Positions 53,571 through 62,443 of a stretch of DNA of 64,000 nucleotides are shown piece after piece (the stretch's first letter is position 1; each line of letters starts with the position of its first letter). The notes beneath the pieces are model-generated. The model worked only from the letters and a program-made list of their open reading frames with translations, did not search any database and was not told the DNA's origin. The translations under genes and the position numbers were made by a program. Origin of the DNA: Thermoleophilia bacterium (GTDB lineage: Bacteria > Actinomycetota > Thermoleophilia > Gaiellales > JAICJC01); assembly GCA_025927685.1 (NCBI GenBank), contig JAICKX010000001.1:13974-77973 (forward strand). The letters run 5' to 3'.

Positions 53571-54295
53571 CGCCCCTCCGCCAGGCGCGCCGCCAGCCGC
53601 AGCGGCAGGCCGGCGTCGCGGATCGCCTCCTGCGCGCCCCGGACGTCGTACTCGGCCCGAAGCCAGGTGGCGGTGCCCTGCTCGATGTCGAGGAGCGCGT
53701 AGCCGGCGCGCGGGTCGCCGTCCCGGGGCTGGCCGACCGAGCCCGGGTTCACGATGTACCGCCCCTCGCCGTACGCCAGGGTCGCGCCCGCCGCAACCGT
53801 GCCGCCGACGACCCGGCCGTCCTCCTCGCCCCACACGAGCTGGACGTGGCTGTGGCCGATCAGGCACAGCGGCCGGCGCTGGCGCTCGAGGCACAGCTCG
53901 GCCGTGCGCGGGTCGACCACGTACTCCCAGACCGGGTCGCGAATGCTGCCGTGGAAGAGCTGCACGCCCTCCCGTCCCCCGCCGGGCATGCGGGTCGCGA
54001 GCGCCTGGATCTGCTCCGGCGAGAGGACGGTGCGCGTCCACTCCGCGGCGTCGCGCGCGTCGTGGGCGAACATGTCGATGTTGATCGTGCCCGAGACCAC
54101 CAGGTCGTGGTTCCCGGCCAGCGAGACGACCGCGCGCTCGTCGACGATCTGCATGCAGCGCACGGGGTCGGCGCCGTAGCCGACGACGTCGCCCAGGCTC
54201 CAGATCTCGTCCGGCCGGAGCTCGTCGATCGCCGCCAGGACGGCTTCCAGCGCCTGGACGTTGCCATGCACGTCGGAGATGACGGCCACCCGCAT
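53567..54295 (-). CDS. Metallophosphoesterase (YfcE/MJ0936-like)
   Basis: MRVAVISDVHGN, LGDVVGYG, AGNHD and GHSH motifs. Confidence 0.88.
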   Translation of the reverse strand: MRVAVISDVHGNVQALEAVLAAIDELRPDEIWSLGDVVGYGADPVRCMQIVDERAVVSLAGNHDLVVSGTINIDMFAHDARDAAEWTRTVLSPEQIQALATRMPGGGREGVQLFHGSIRDPVWEYVVDPRTAELCLERQRRPLCLIGHSHVQLVWGEEDGRVVGGTVAAGATLAYGEGRYIVNPGSVGQPRDGDPRAGYALLDIEQGTATWLRAEYDVRGAQEAIRDAGLPLRLAARLAEGR

Positions 54296-54301
54296 CGGCG
54301 C

Positions 54302-54307
54302 ACTATA
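54302..54307 (-). promoter_or_regulatory. -10-like box TATAGT, 6 nt upstream of ATG 54295 (leaderless-type)
   Basis: The minus strand reads TATAGT-gcgccg-ATG. Confidence 0.4.
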
Positions 54308-54347
54308 GGGTTGGCCCCGTGAGCCTCGCCGCCGTGCAGCAGCGCGC

Positions 54348-55550
54348 GTGATCCGGCGCGTCCCGGGGCTGGTGCTGATCGCTGCGCTCGGCGGGCTCGC
54401 CGCCTGGTTATGGCAGGCGGAGCTGCCGTCGCACGTACCGCATCTGGCGGCGCGGGCGGCGTTCACGCAGGGCCAGATCGACCGCGCGGCCGACTACCGC
54501 GAGCCGCAGTACCTGCTGGCGGTGGGGGCGCTCGTCCTCGAGCCCGCCGCCGCCCTCGCGTGGGCCAGGTGGGGCAGGACGTGCGCGGCCCGGAACGCGC
54601 CGCCGGTGGTCGCGGGCGGGATCGCCGCGGCGGTCGCGGCGACGGCCGCGGCGGCCGCCCTGGTTCCGCTCGGATACGTCGACCACGTGCGGGCCGTGAA
54701 CGCCGGGCTCGACCTGCGTTCGACCGCCGAGTGGGGCCGGGACGCGGCCGTGGGCCTCGCGGCCTGGGCGGCCGGCGTGGCCGTGGCGTATGCCGTCTGT
54801 CTCGCGATCGGGCGCCGCGCCCGGGAGCCATGGCTCGCCGTGGGGCTGGCCGCGTGGATCGCCGTGGCGGCGTTCGTGACGGTGCAGCCGGTCCTGATCG
54901 ATCCGCTCTTCGCGTCCACGCACCCGATCCGCGACCGGACGGTGCGGACGCTGGTCCGGAGCGTCGAGCGCCAGGTCGGAGCGGTGCCCGACTCGGTCTC
55001 CGTGTCGGACGCCTCGGCGCGGACGACCGAGGAGAACGCATTCGTCGACGGGCTCGGGCCCACCGAGCGACTGGTCGTCTACGACACCGTGCTCCGCCAC
55101 GCCCCGGTCGACGAGTCGCGGGCGCTCCTCGCGCACGAGCTCGGCCACGTCGACCGCCGTCACACGCTGAAGGGCGTGCTCTGGTTCGGCGTGCTCGGGC
55201 TGCCCGCGCTCTGGGCGGTCCTGGCCGTGGCGGGCCCCGCCGCCCGCCGCCGGCGGCTGGACGGAGCCTTCGACCCCCGGGCGGCGCCGCTCGTCGTGGC
55301 GGGCCTGCTCGTGGCCGCAGCGCTCCTCACCCCCGTGGAGAACGGGATCTCGCGCCGCTACGAGGCCGAGGCGGACTGGGTGGCGCTCCGGGCGACCGGG
55401 GACGACGACGGGATGGCGGGGCTCCAGAAGCGGCTCGCGCTGGCGGACCTCTCGAACCCCGATCCGCCCGGCTGGGCGGTGGCGCTCCTCTTCGACCACC
55501 CGCCGGTCATGGACCGGATCGCCGTGGCGAGGAACTATCCGTCGTCGTGA
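54348..55550 (+). CDS. M48-family zinc metalloprotease (Ste24/HtpX-like), membrane
   Basis: Multiple N-terminal TM segments, HELGH zinc motif (LLAHELGHVDRRH), and downstream E in YEAEADW. Confidence 0.85.
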   Translation: MIRRVPGLVLIAALGGLAAWLWQAELPSHVPHLAARAAFTQGQIDRAADYREPQYLLAVGALVLEPAAALAWARWGRTCAARNAPPVVAGGIAAAVAATAAAAALVPLGYVDHVRAVNAGLDLRSTAEWGRDAAVGLAAWAAGVAVAYAVCLAIGRRAREPWLAVGLAAWIAVAAFVTVQPVLIDPLFASTHPIRDRTVRTLVRSVERQVGAVPDSVSVSDASARTTEENAFVDGLGPTERLVVYDTVLRHAPVDESRALLAHELGHVDRRHTLKGVLWFGVLGLPALWAVLAVAGPAARRRRLDGAFDPRAAPLVVAGLLVAAALLTPVENGISRRYEAEADWVALRATGDDDGMAGLQKRLALADLSNPDPPGWAVALLFDHPPVMDRIAVARNYPSS

Positions 55551-55843
55551 TCGCCGTCGAACTCGGGGAGGTTCTTGATCCCCTCCCGCGTCTGCCACTT
55601 CGAGTAGTTGTCGTTCATCGCCTCGATCAGCTCCTTCATGAAGCGCGGCGACAGGTTGACCCGTGAGACGACCACGCCCGGCACCTCCTCCTCCTCGACC
55701 TCGTGGTCGATGCGGGCGAACGTGATCGTGAACTCGTAGTCCGAGTGGCTGACGTTTGCGAAGTTGGCGTAGACGCCCGCCATCACCTCGGGAGAGAAGT
55801 GGATGTTGAGCCGGCGCTCCTGGCGGTCGTCCTCGGCGTCCAT
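55535..55843 (-). CDS. DUF3467-family protein
   Basis: 102 aa. FSPEVMAGVYANFANVSHSDYEFTITFARID matches my memory of the DUF3467 core. Confidence 0.7.
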   Translation of the reverse strand: MDAEDDRQERRLNIHFSPEVMAGVYANFANVSHSDYEFTITFARIDHEVEEEEVPGVVVSRVNLSPRFMKELIEAMNDNYSKWQTREGIKNLPEFDGDHDDG

Positions 55844-55849
55844 CCGGCC

Positions 55850-55868
55850 ACCCTAGCATCGTTAGGAT
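55850..55868. promoter_or_regulatory. Back-to-back leaderless-type -10 boxes: TAGGGT (minus, 55850-55855) and TAGGAT (plus, 55863-55868)
   Basis: Minus strand: TAGGGT-ggccgg-ATG(55843). Plus strand: TAGGAT-ccggccc-ATG(55876). The whole divergent spacer is 32 nt. Confidence 0.45.
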
Positions 55869-55875
55869 CCGGCCC

Positions 55876-57465
55876 ATGTCCCGAAGCGCCGTCCAGGAGC
55901 TGGCAGGGCCGGTCGAGGCTGCGATCGCCGAGGTCGGCGGCGACGGCGTGCAGGCGCGGCTCGAGCGGCCGGCCGATCCGGCCCACGGCGACTACGCCAC
56001 CGCCGCCGCGCTCCAGCTCGCGAAGCCGCTGCGGGCGGCGCCGCGCCAGATCGCCGAGTGGATCGCGGAGCGGATCGACTCGCCCTTCATCGCCTCGGCC
56101 CAGGTGGCCGGCCCGGGCTTCGTCAACCTGCGGGCGACGCCGGCGTGGTACCGCCACGTGATCGGGCGGGTGCTCGCCGAGGACCGACGCTACGGCGGTG
56201 GCGCCGCGGCCCGGCCGCAGAAGATCCAGATCGAGTACGTGAGCGGGAACCCGACCGGCCCCGTGACCGCGTCGACCGCGCGGAATGCGGCCTACGGCGA
56301 CTCCCTGGCGCGGCTCTTCGAGTTCGCCGGGCACGACGTCCAGCGCGAGTACTACTTCAACGACGCCGGCCGGCAGATGGACCTGTTCGGGGCGTCGCTG
56401 CGGGCTCGGGCGCGCGGCGAGGACGTGCCGGAGGACGGCTACCGGGGCGCGTACATCGAGGACGTCGCCCGCGGCCTCGGGCTCGACCCCGACGCGCCTG
56501 CCGATGAGTGGCGGGCCCGGGGTGCGGCGGCCATGGTCGAGGACATCAAGCGCACGCTGACCCGCTTCCGGGCCGGCTTCGACCGCTGGTTCCTGGAGCG
56601 CTCCCTGTACGAGGACGGATCGGTCGCAGGGGCCATCGAGACCGTCCGCGGGACCGGTCACACCTACGAGAAGGACGGCGCGCTGTGGCTGCGCTCGTCC
56701 GAGCTCGGCGACGACAAGGATCGCGTGCTCGTTCGCTCGGACGGAACGCCGACCTACATCGCCGGTGACCTGGCCTACATCGTCTCGAAGCTCGAGCGCG
56801 GCTTCGACGTGGCCGTCTACGTGCTCGGCTCGGACCACCACGGCTACATCGGCCGACTCAAGGCGGGGGCGATCGCGCTCGGCTACGACCCGGACCGGGT
56901 CGACATCCAGATCTACCAGTTCGTGAAGATCGTGGAGGGCGGGAAGGCGGTGAGCGCGTCGAAGCGGCGCGGCGCCGTGCTCATGCTCGACGAGCTGCTC
57001 GACGTGATCGGGATCGACGCCGCCCGGTACGCGCTCGTGCAGCGCTCGCACGACCAGGTGATCGAGCTCGACCTGGAGCTGTGGGCCGCCCAGAACGCCG
57101 AGAACCCGGTCTACTACTGCCAGTACGCCCACGCCCGGATCGCGGCGATCCTGCGCAACGCCGAGCGAGCCGAGGACGGGCCGGCGCCGGGCTGGACGCC
57201 GGAGCCCGCGGAGGTCGAGCTCGTGAAGCACCTGGCCGAGTTCCCGGAGGTGGTGGCGGAGGCCGCCGAGTGGCGCGGGCCGCACCGCATCGTGGCCTAC
57301 GCGCAGGACACGGCGAAGTCGTTCCACCAGTTCTACAAGCAGTGCCGGGTGCTCGGCGAGGCGCCCGACGTCGAGCGAAGCCGCCTCGCCCTGTGCCGCG
57401 CCACGGGGCTCGTGATGGCGACCGCGCTCGGCCTCGTGGGGGTCGAGGCGCCCGACCGGATGTGA
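55876..57465 (+). CDS. argS: Arginine--tRNA ligase
   Basis: HGDYATAAALQLAK, class I signature region YVSGNPTGPVT, and the C-terminal anticodon-binding (DALR) domain. Confidence 0.93.
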   Translation: MSRSAVQELAGPVEAAIAEVGGDGVQARLERPADPAHGDYATAAALQLAKPLRAAPRQIAEWIAERIDSPFIASAQVAGPGFVNLRATPAWYRHVIGRVLAEDRRYGGGAAARPQKIQIEYVSGNPTGPVTASTARNAAYGDSLARLFEFAGHDVQREYYFNDAGRQMDLFGASLRARARGEDVPEDGYRGAYIEDVARGLGLDPDAPADEWRARGAAAMVEDIKRTLTRFRAGFDRWFLERSLYEDGSVAGAIETVRGTGHTYEKDGALWLRSSELGDDKDRVLVRSDGTPTYIAGDLAYIVSKLERGFDVAVYVLGSDHHGYIGRLKAGAIALGYDPDRVDIQIYQFVKIVEGGKAVSASKRRGAVLMLDELLDVIGIDAARYALVQRSHDQVIELDLELWAAQNAENPVYYCQYAHARIAAILRNAERAEDGPAPGWTPEPAEVELVKHLAEFPEVVAEAAEWRGPHRIVAYAQDTAKSFHQFYKQCRVLGEAPDVERSRLALCRATGLVMATALGLVGVEAPDRM

Positions 57466-57505
57466 CCCTGGGCGGGCTCGAAACCCGGTGCTACCCTGCG
57501 CCCCC

Positions 57506-57844
57506 GTGAGCAGCGTCCCCACCGCACCCACGGTCTACGAGGTCTCCGAGCTCGAGGAGATCCTCGCCGGCGAGGACGCCGGCCCCGGCGACGGCGACTG
57601 GTACGCGATCCGCACCGACCCGTGGCCGTGCCCCGCCTGCGGCGCGGAGTTCGACTACGTGACCGCGTGCCACCACGTGATCGTGGCGCCCGACCGCGAC
57701 GACCTGCTCGACCACGCCGCCCGCGCCGCGCAGGTGGGCCGGAACCCCAAGCTCGTCCGCTACGACGACGTGCTGCCGACGATGACGCTCTTCCAGTGGC
57801 GCGCGCTCGGGCGGCCCGTGCACGGGATCAAGAAGGTCAGCTGA
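57506..57844 (+). CDS. Hypothetical protein with a CxxC motif
   Basis: The ORF track starts at GTG 57488. I prefer GTG 57506 because a TACCCT box (57492-57497) sits 8 nt upstream. Contains WPCPACG. Confidence 0.5.
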   Translation: MSSVPTAPTVYEVSELEEILAGEDAGPGDGDWYAIRTDPWPCPACGAEFDYVTACHHVIVAPDRDDLLDHAARAAQVGRNPKLVRYDDVLPTMTLFQWRALGRPVHGIKKVS

Positions 57845-57863
57845 GCGGCGGCGGCGCGGCCGC

Positions 57864-58778
57864 CTAGAAGCCCATCCCGGCCCGCATGTCGTTCGCCGTG
57901 GCCGCCTGTCCCAGGAACGTCGTGATGCCGAGCGCCTCCTCGGACGCACGCAGGAGCGCGTACTGGTCGTAGAGCGTGCCGTCGGCCACCGGCTGCACGC
58001 CCGCGGCGACGGCGATCATCGGCACCCGGGTCGTGGTCTTGTCGCTCGACTCGTCGAACGCCACCAGGATCAGCGTCCCGCCCGCCTGGTAGCTCGACGT
58101 GGCGGCAATCGTCTGGATCGTGCCCTGGAGCCACGTGTCCATCGCCTTCAGGTTGGCCGCGGTGGAGCTCTTCTGGGCGCAGCCCGTGAGCCAGTGGTTG
58201 TTGTGGCACAGGTTCGGCGTGATGAAGGTGTACGCGGGCATGGTCGCCGGCAGGGTCGTGATGCCCGCGTTCGACGTGGGCGCCGGGATGTCCGAGACCT
58301 TGCACTGGGTCGCGATCCGCGTGTACCAGACCGCCGGGTCGTGACCGCGCTTGTAGAACGTCGACTTGCCGCCGCAGTTGCCGCCCATCGACTCCTCGAG
58401 CTCGAGCCACGAGGGCACCTGCTCGAAGATGCTCGGCGCGTTCACCTTCACGCCGACGCCCGTGGCCTGGCCGCCCGTCGCCGCCATGTAGTTCGGCTGG
58501 CTCACGCCGGCCACATCGTGGAAGTTCGTCGCCAGGGCGCACGACTGCGCAAGCTGGTTGAAGTACGGCGCGTTCGCGCTTCCCACGACCCGCTCGAACG
58601 AGGCGTTCTCCTCGAAGATCACGACGACGTGGTCGTACGTGGCGGGCGTGGAGACGCCGGCCAGCGCGCAGGGGTCGGGTGCCGGGTCGGCCTGGCTCGC
58701 GGCTGCGGGCACGACGGCCGCTGCGGCGGCCGCCAGCAGCGTCACGGCGAGTCTTCCCCATCGCGGCTTGCGGATCAT
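57864..58778 (-). CDS. Secreted phosphoesterase-family protein (PF04185-type), paralog of 2930..3892
   Basis: SD GGAAGGAG precedes ATG 58778. The signal peptide is MIRKPRWGRLAVTLLAAAAAAVVPAAAS. Also DHVVVIFEENASFERV, QPNYMAATGG, ITPNLCHNNH and VAFDESSD. Confidence 0.85.
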   Translation of the reverse strand: MIRKPRWGRLAVTLLAAAAAAVVPAAASQADPAPDPCALAGVSTPATYDHVVVIFEENASFERVVGSANAPYFNQLAQSCALATNFHDVAGVSQPNYMAATGGQATGVGVKVNAPSIFEQVPSWLELEESMGGNCGGKSTFYKRGHDPAVWYTRIATQCKVSDIPAPTSNAGITTLPATMPAYTFITPNLCHNNHWLTGCAQKSSTAANLKAMDTWLQGTIQTIAATSSYQAGGTLILVAFDESSDKTTTRVPMIAVAAGVQPVADGTLYDQYALLRASEEALGITTFLGQAATANDMRAGMGF

Positions 58779-58845
58779 TCCCAGCTCCTTCCTGCCGTTC
58801 TCCGGACGCGCGGCCCGTGTCAGGGTACGCACCGCTCCGCCGTTG

Positions 58846-59682
58846 TCAAGTCTGAGCCTCACCCGTGAGCCGCGCCAGCCAGATCGAGAGGCCCGCGTCG
58901 GCAAGCCGGGGGATGCGGGCGGCGGCCGGCGTGAGAAGCCCGAACACGAGCCCGCGGCCCCGCGGCACACGCATGCGCCGCAGGCTCGCGACGCCCGGCC
59001 GCTCGGCGATCGCGCGGATCTCGCCGGCATCGGCGCCCCACGTCCACGGGGGCGGCCGGTAGCCGCTCGCGGTCTCAAGCCGGGAGCTGCGGCTGCGGTC
59101 GCTGAGCCAGCGTGGCACCGCGTCGAACAGCAACGCGCCCGCGCCGAACCGGCTCGCACAGCCGTCAACCAGCTCGTGCACCTGGCCGCGCTCGAGGTAC
59201 ATGAGCAGGCCCTGGGCGGTCACGAGGACGCCGGTCGACGCGCCGACGGCGTCGAGCCACGATCCGTCGGCGGCCGACGACTCCACGAGCTCCATGTTCG
59301 GCGAGGCCGGGAGCAGCCGCCGGCGCAGCTCGATCACCTGGGGGAGGTCGACGCTGACCCAGCGGACGCGGCCGTCGTTCACGCGCCAGAACTGCGTCTC
59401 GAGGCCCTCGCCCAGCGCGACCACCGTGGGCTGCGTGTGATCGTGCACGAACCGCCGCACCTCCCGGTCGAACGTCCGCGCCCGCAGCGCCTGCCACTGC
59501 GACCACGTCGGCGACCGGCCGAACCGCTCCTCGAAGGGAAAGTCGATCGTGCTCACGAGCTCGACGGCCATCGGGTCGTGCAGCACCCGGTCCGGCCGCG
59601 CCGCCTCGGACGCCCGGCGGTAGAGCGTCCACAGCATCGTCTCGGACACGCCCTCCACCTGGACTGCCGTCTCGCCCGGCAT
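58846..59682 (-). CDS. Class I SAM-dependent methyltransferase (LCMT / TcmP-like, PF04072-type)
   Basis: TMLWTLYRRA...HDPMAVELV and VVALGEGLETQFWR..VRWVSVDLPQVIELRR are typical of this O-methyltransferase family. Confidence 0.7.
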   Translation of the reverse strand: MPGETAVQVEGVSETMLWTLYRRASEAARPDRVLHDPMAVELVSTIDFPFEERFGRSPTWSQWQALRARTFDREVRRFVHDHTQPTVVALGEGLETQFWRVNDGRVRWVSVDLPQVIELRRRLLPASPNMELVESSAADGSWLDAVGASTGVLVTAQGLLMYLERGQVHELVDGCASRFGAGALLFDAVPRWLSDRSRSSRLETASGYRPPPWTWGADAGEIRAIAERPGVASLRRMRVPRGRGLVFGLLTPAAARIPRLADAGLSIWLARLTGEAQT

Positions 59683-59810
59683 GGCCGCGCTCTTACCCGT
59701 CCGCGCGCGGTTCCGAACCTACCGATGCTCCTGGCAGCCTTCCCCACGTGTGACGCGGAGGAGCCCGCGACCGTCCTCGCCGCCTCGAGGGGATGCTGTG
59801 GCACGGCAGA

Positions 59811-60221
59811 CTACTGGTGCGCCACAAACCACCGGCAGAACGGGTCGCGTGCTCGTGGCCGGTCACAGTTCGGGTTGAGCACCCCGGTTCCGCTCAGGTC
59901 GAAGACGACGCGAATCCGGCGGGGCCGCGTGTCCGGAGCGGCGAAGGTGGCTGTGCAGTCGGCGGTCGCTTCGAAGGCTGGGCGGCGGTCGACGATTCGA
60001 CACCTGGCGTTGCGGATCCGTCCGCGTACCATCGGCGCGTACGTGAATTGCTCGGCCGCTGCTGCGGCTCTGGTCGCCGTCCAGTGGACGGTGGGCTGGG
60101 TGTTGACACACCGGCCGTTGTCGAACCGTCCGCCGCTGCAGTCTCCGTAGAAGCCTGACCCGCACGAAGGAGCAAGCAGGGCGACGAACAGAAGCACGGC
60201 CGGAGACCAGCGCATCGCCAC
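59811..60221 (-). CDS. Hypothetical Cys-rich lipoprotein with atypical codon usage
   Basis: Lipobox LLAPSCG with ten Cys residues. By hand count about 28 of 136 codons end in A/T, against about 12 of 373 in the potD-like gene. Confidence 0.6.
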   Translation of the reverse strand: MAMRWSPAVLLFVALLAPSCGSGFYGDCSGGRFDNGRCVNTQPTVHWTATRAAAAAEQFTYAPMVRGRIRNARCRIVDRRPAFEATADCTATFAAPDTRPRRIRVVFDLSGTGVLNPNCDRPRARDPFCRWFVAHQ

Positions 60222-60446
60222 TAAGACGTTCAGCCGTCGCCTCCGGTTCGTGGGGCCGCGAGATCGGCGTTCGAACCGACGAACCGTCCGATTGCTGCCG
60301 GCGCCGAATGGCTTGGGTGGGTCAGAACTTCGATCAGCGGCCAGATCCTGCGATGGGATGGCAGTGCTGTGTGACGTCTACGCGTTCCGAGCCTCCGGCC
60401 AGCAACCCGAGTCCGCCGATCTGACGCTCTGGCCTCCCGGCACGAT

Positions 60447-60983
60447 TCAGATTGGCGGGTTCGTCCAGGGCTCGCACCACGCGCCGTAGCTGATGACGTC
60501 GTGCAAGTGCGCGACGGCCTGTGGGAAGTCGTCCGGGTCGAAGAACCAGTTCATCTCGCGAGTGCGGTGGCGGGAGAGGAACACTCCCGCGGGCGGCCCC
60601 ACCACCATTGTGGGCAGGTAGGCGTGGAAGAGCCGCTTGCTGCCCCGGCCCCACGCAGTTACCTGGCACTTCACGTACGTCGGCTCCGCTGAGGCGTTCG
60701 TGATGGTTGCGTGGAACCACGGCGCTCGATCCCCGCGCGCGCATCCGCCCCGCGCGGCGTCGAAGCTCCATCCCCAGCTGCGCAACTCGCGCGCACACGC
60801 CCGGTGTGAGAGTGGCGCTCGAGGGGTGACCTTCACCGGGATCGCGGCGTGGGGAGGAGGCGCCGAGACGTCGCGGAGTTGTCGCTCTGACTTGCAACTG
60901 CCGGCCAGGAGCAGGATGGTCGCGAGCACGAGCACATGTGCTCGAGGTGATCGAACCGGCGGATGGAGGAGTGGCGCGGCCAC
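60447..60983 (-). CDS. Hypothetical lipoprotein with atypical codon usage
   Basis: Lipobox LLLAGSC. 178 aa. GC3 is clearly lower than in neighbouring core genes (hand count). Confidence 0.6.
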   Translation of the reverse strand: MAAPLLHPPVRSPRAHVLVLATILLLAGSCKSERQLRDVSAPPPHAAIPVKVTPRAPLSHRACARELRSWGWSFDAARGGCARGDRAPWFHATITNASAEPTYVKCQVTAWGRGSKRLFHAYLPTMVVGPPAGVFLSRHRTREMNWFFDPDDFPQAVAHLHDVISYGAWCEPWTNPPI

Positions 60984-61328
60984 CGACGCTCCCTATGACG
61001 ATCGCGAGGCGCCGCGAGTTCGCACGATCGTCGTCGCTGTCCTCCGACGCGATCGGGTGGGCGAGCTGCGGCCGGGACTGCTCAGTCGTTACATCGTCGG
61101 GTCGTCGGGGCGGTGACTCTCGATCCGCCGCCTCGTGTCGTGGGGGAGCCATTGCCGCCCGCGTCGTGGATCGACGAGCTTCTTCGTCCAGGGCCCGCGG
61201 CACGGGTGGTGTGGATAGGGCTCCGCGGGCGCGCTCGGGGGCGCCGGAGTGGTGTACGCTCCTCCGAAATCGGCGTGGAAGAGATGGTGGAGCCGCTCCG
61301 GCTCTTTCTGGCTCAACCAGGCGGATAC

Positions 61329-61401
61329 GCGGACGTAGCTCAGTCGGTAGAGCGTCGGCTTCCCAAGCCGAAGGTCGCGGGTTCGAGACCCGTCGTCCGC
61401 T
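61329..61401 (+). tRNA. tRNA-Gly (anticodon CCC)
   Basis: Hand-folded: acceptor GCGGACG/CGTCCGC, D-arm GCTCAGTCGGTAGAGC, anticodon stem TCGGC/GCCGA, loop TTCCCAA, T-arm GCGGGTTCGAGACCCGT, discriminator T. Confidence 0.9.
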
Positions 61402-61430
61402 TCTTCTCGCTGCCGGCCCGACCGGCCCGG

Positions 61431-62426
61431 CTAGATGTTGACGCGCGACATGTCGGCGTAGCGGTCGCCCGCCGTGGCGCCGACCGGCGCCGCCTCGTCC
61501 AGGCGCGCGAGCTCCTCGTCCGTCAGCTGAATCTCCGTCGCGGTCGCGTTCTGCTCCAGGTACGTGCGCCGCTTCGTCCCGGGGATCGGCACGATGTCGT
61601 CGCCCTGCGCCAGCACCCATGCCAGCGCCAGCTGGCCCGGCTCGACGCCCTTCTCCGCCGCGATCGCCTTGACGTGCTCGACCAGGCCCATGTTGCGGCG
61701 GAAGTTCTCGCCGACGAAGCGCGGGAACCGGCCGCTGCGGCGGGAGTCGTTCTCGGACAGCTCCTCGGGATTGATGATGCGGCCCGTCAGGAACCCGCGC
61801 CCGAGCGGGCTGTACGCCACGAAGCCGATGCCGAGCTCCCGCACCGTTTCGAGCACGCCGTTTCGCTCCGGGTCGCGGGTGAAGAGCGAGTACTCGGTCT
61901 GGAGCGCCGTGATCGGATGGACGACGTGCGCGCGGCGGATGGTCTCGGGCGCCGCCTCGGACAGCCCGAGCCGCAGCACCTTGCCCTCGCCGACCAGCTC
62001 GGCCATCGCGCCGACGGTCTCCTCGATCGGGACGCCGGGATCAACGCGGTGCTGGTAGTAGAGGTCGATGTGGTCGGTGCCGAGCCGGCGCAGCGAGGCG
62101 TCGCAGGCCTCGTGCACATACGCGGCGTCACCGCGGATGCCGAGGAACTCGCCCTGCGCACCGCGCACGTTGCCGAACTTCGTCGCGAGCACCACGTCAT
62201 CGCGTCGCCCCGCGATCGCCCGCCCGACCAGCTCCTCGTTCGCGCCCGACCCGTACATGTCGGCGGTGTCGATGAGGTCGACTCCGAGCTCCAGCGCGCG
62301 CTGGATCGTCGCGATCGCCTCCGGCTCGTCGATCGAGCCGTAGAACTCGGACATGCCCATGCAGCCGAGGCCCTCTGCGGAGACCTCCAGCCGCCAGTCG
62401 CCCTTGCCCAGAACTCGCCTGTCCAT
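61431..62426 (-). CDS. Aldo/keto reductase
   Basis: SD GGGAGG precedes ATG 62426. [27 protein letters not shown] and PIPGTK are present. Confidence 0.9.
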   Translation of the reverse strand: MDRRVLGKGDWRLEVSAEGLGCMGMSEFYGSIDEPEAIATIQRALELGVDLIDTADMYGSGANEELVGRAIAGRRDDVVLATKFGNVRGAQGEFLGIRGDAAYVHEACDASLRRLGTDHIDLYYQHRVDPGVPIEETVGAMAELVGEGKVLRLGLSEAAPETIRRAHVVHPITALQTEYSLFTRDPERNGVLETVRELGIGFVAYSPLGRGFLTGRIINPEELSENDSRRSGRFPRFVGENFRRNMGLVEHVKAIAAEKGVEPGQLALAWVLAQGDDIVPIPGTKRRTYLEQNATATEIQLTDEELARLDEAAPVGATAGDRYADMSRVNI

Positions 62427-62443
62427 CTCGCCTCCCGTTCGCG

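Noticed and set aside
54301-54312. CACTATAGGG, resembling the 3' end of a T7-type phage promoter.
   Set aside because: Only 10 nt match and the upstream TAATACGA part is absent. The reverse complement TATAGT sits exactly 6 nt before ATG 54295 and is better explained as a host -10 box.
61089-61316. A 75-aa ORF (MSQKEPERLHHLFHADFGG..., TAA stop) between the second lipoprotein gene and tRNA-Gly.
   Set aside because: GC3 is acceptable and the TAA stop is suggestive. However, the start lies 12 nt from the tRNA 5' end, which leaves no promoter space, and no family was recognised. It is mentioned inside the islet finding but not listed as a feature.
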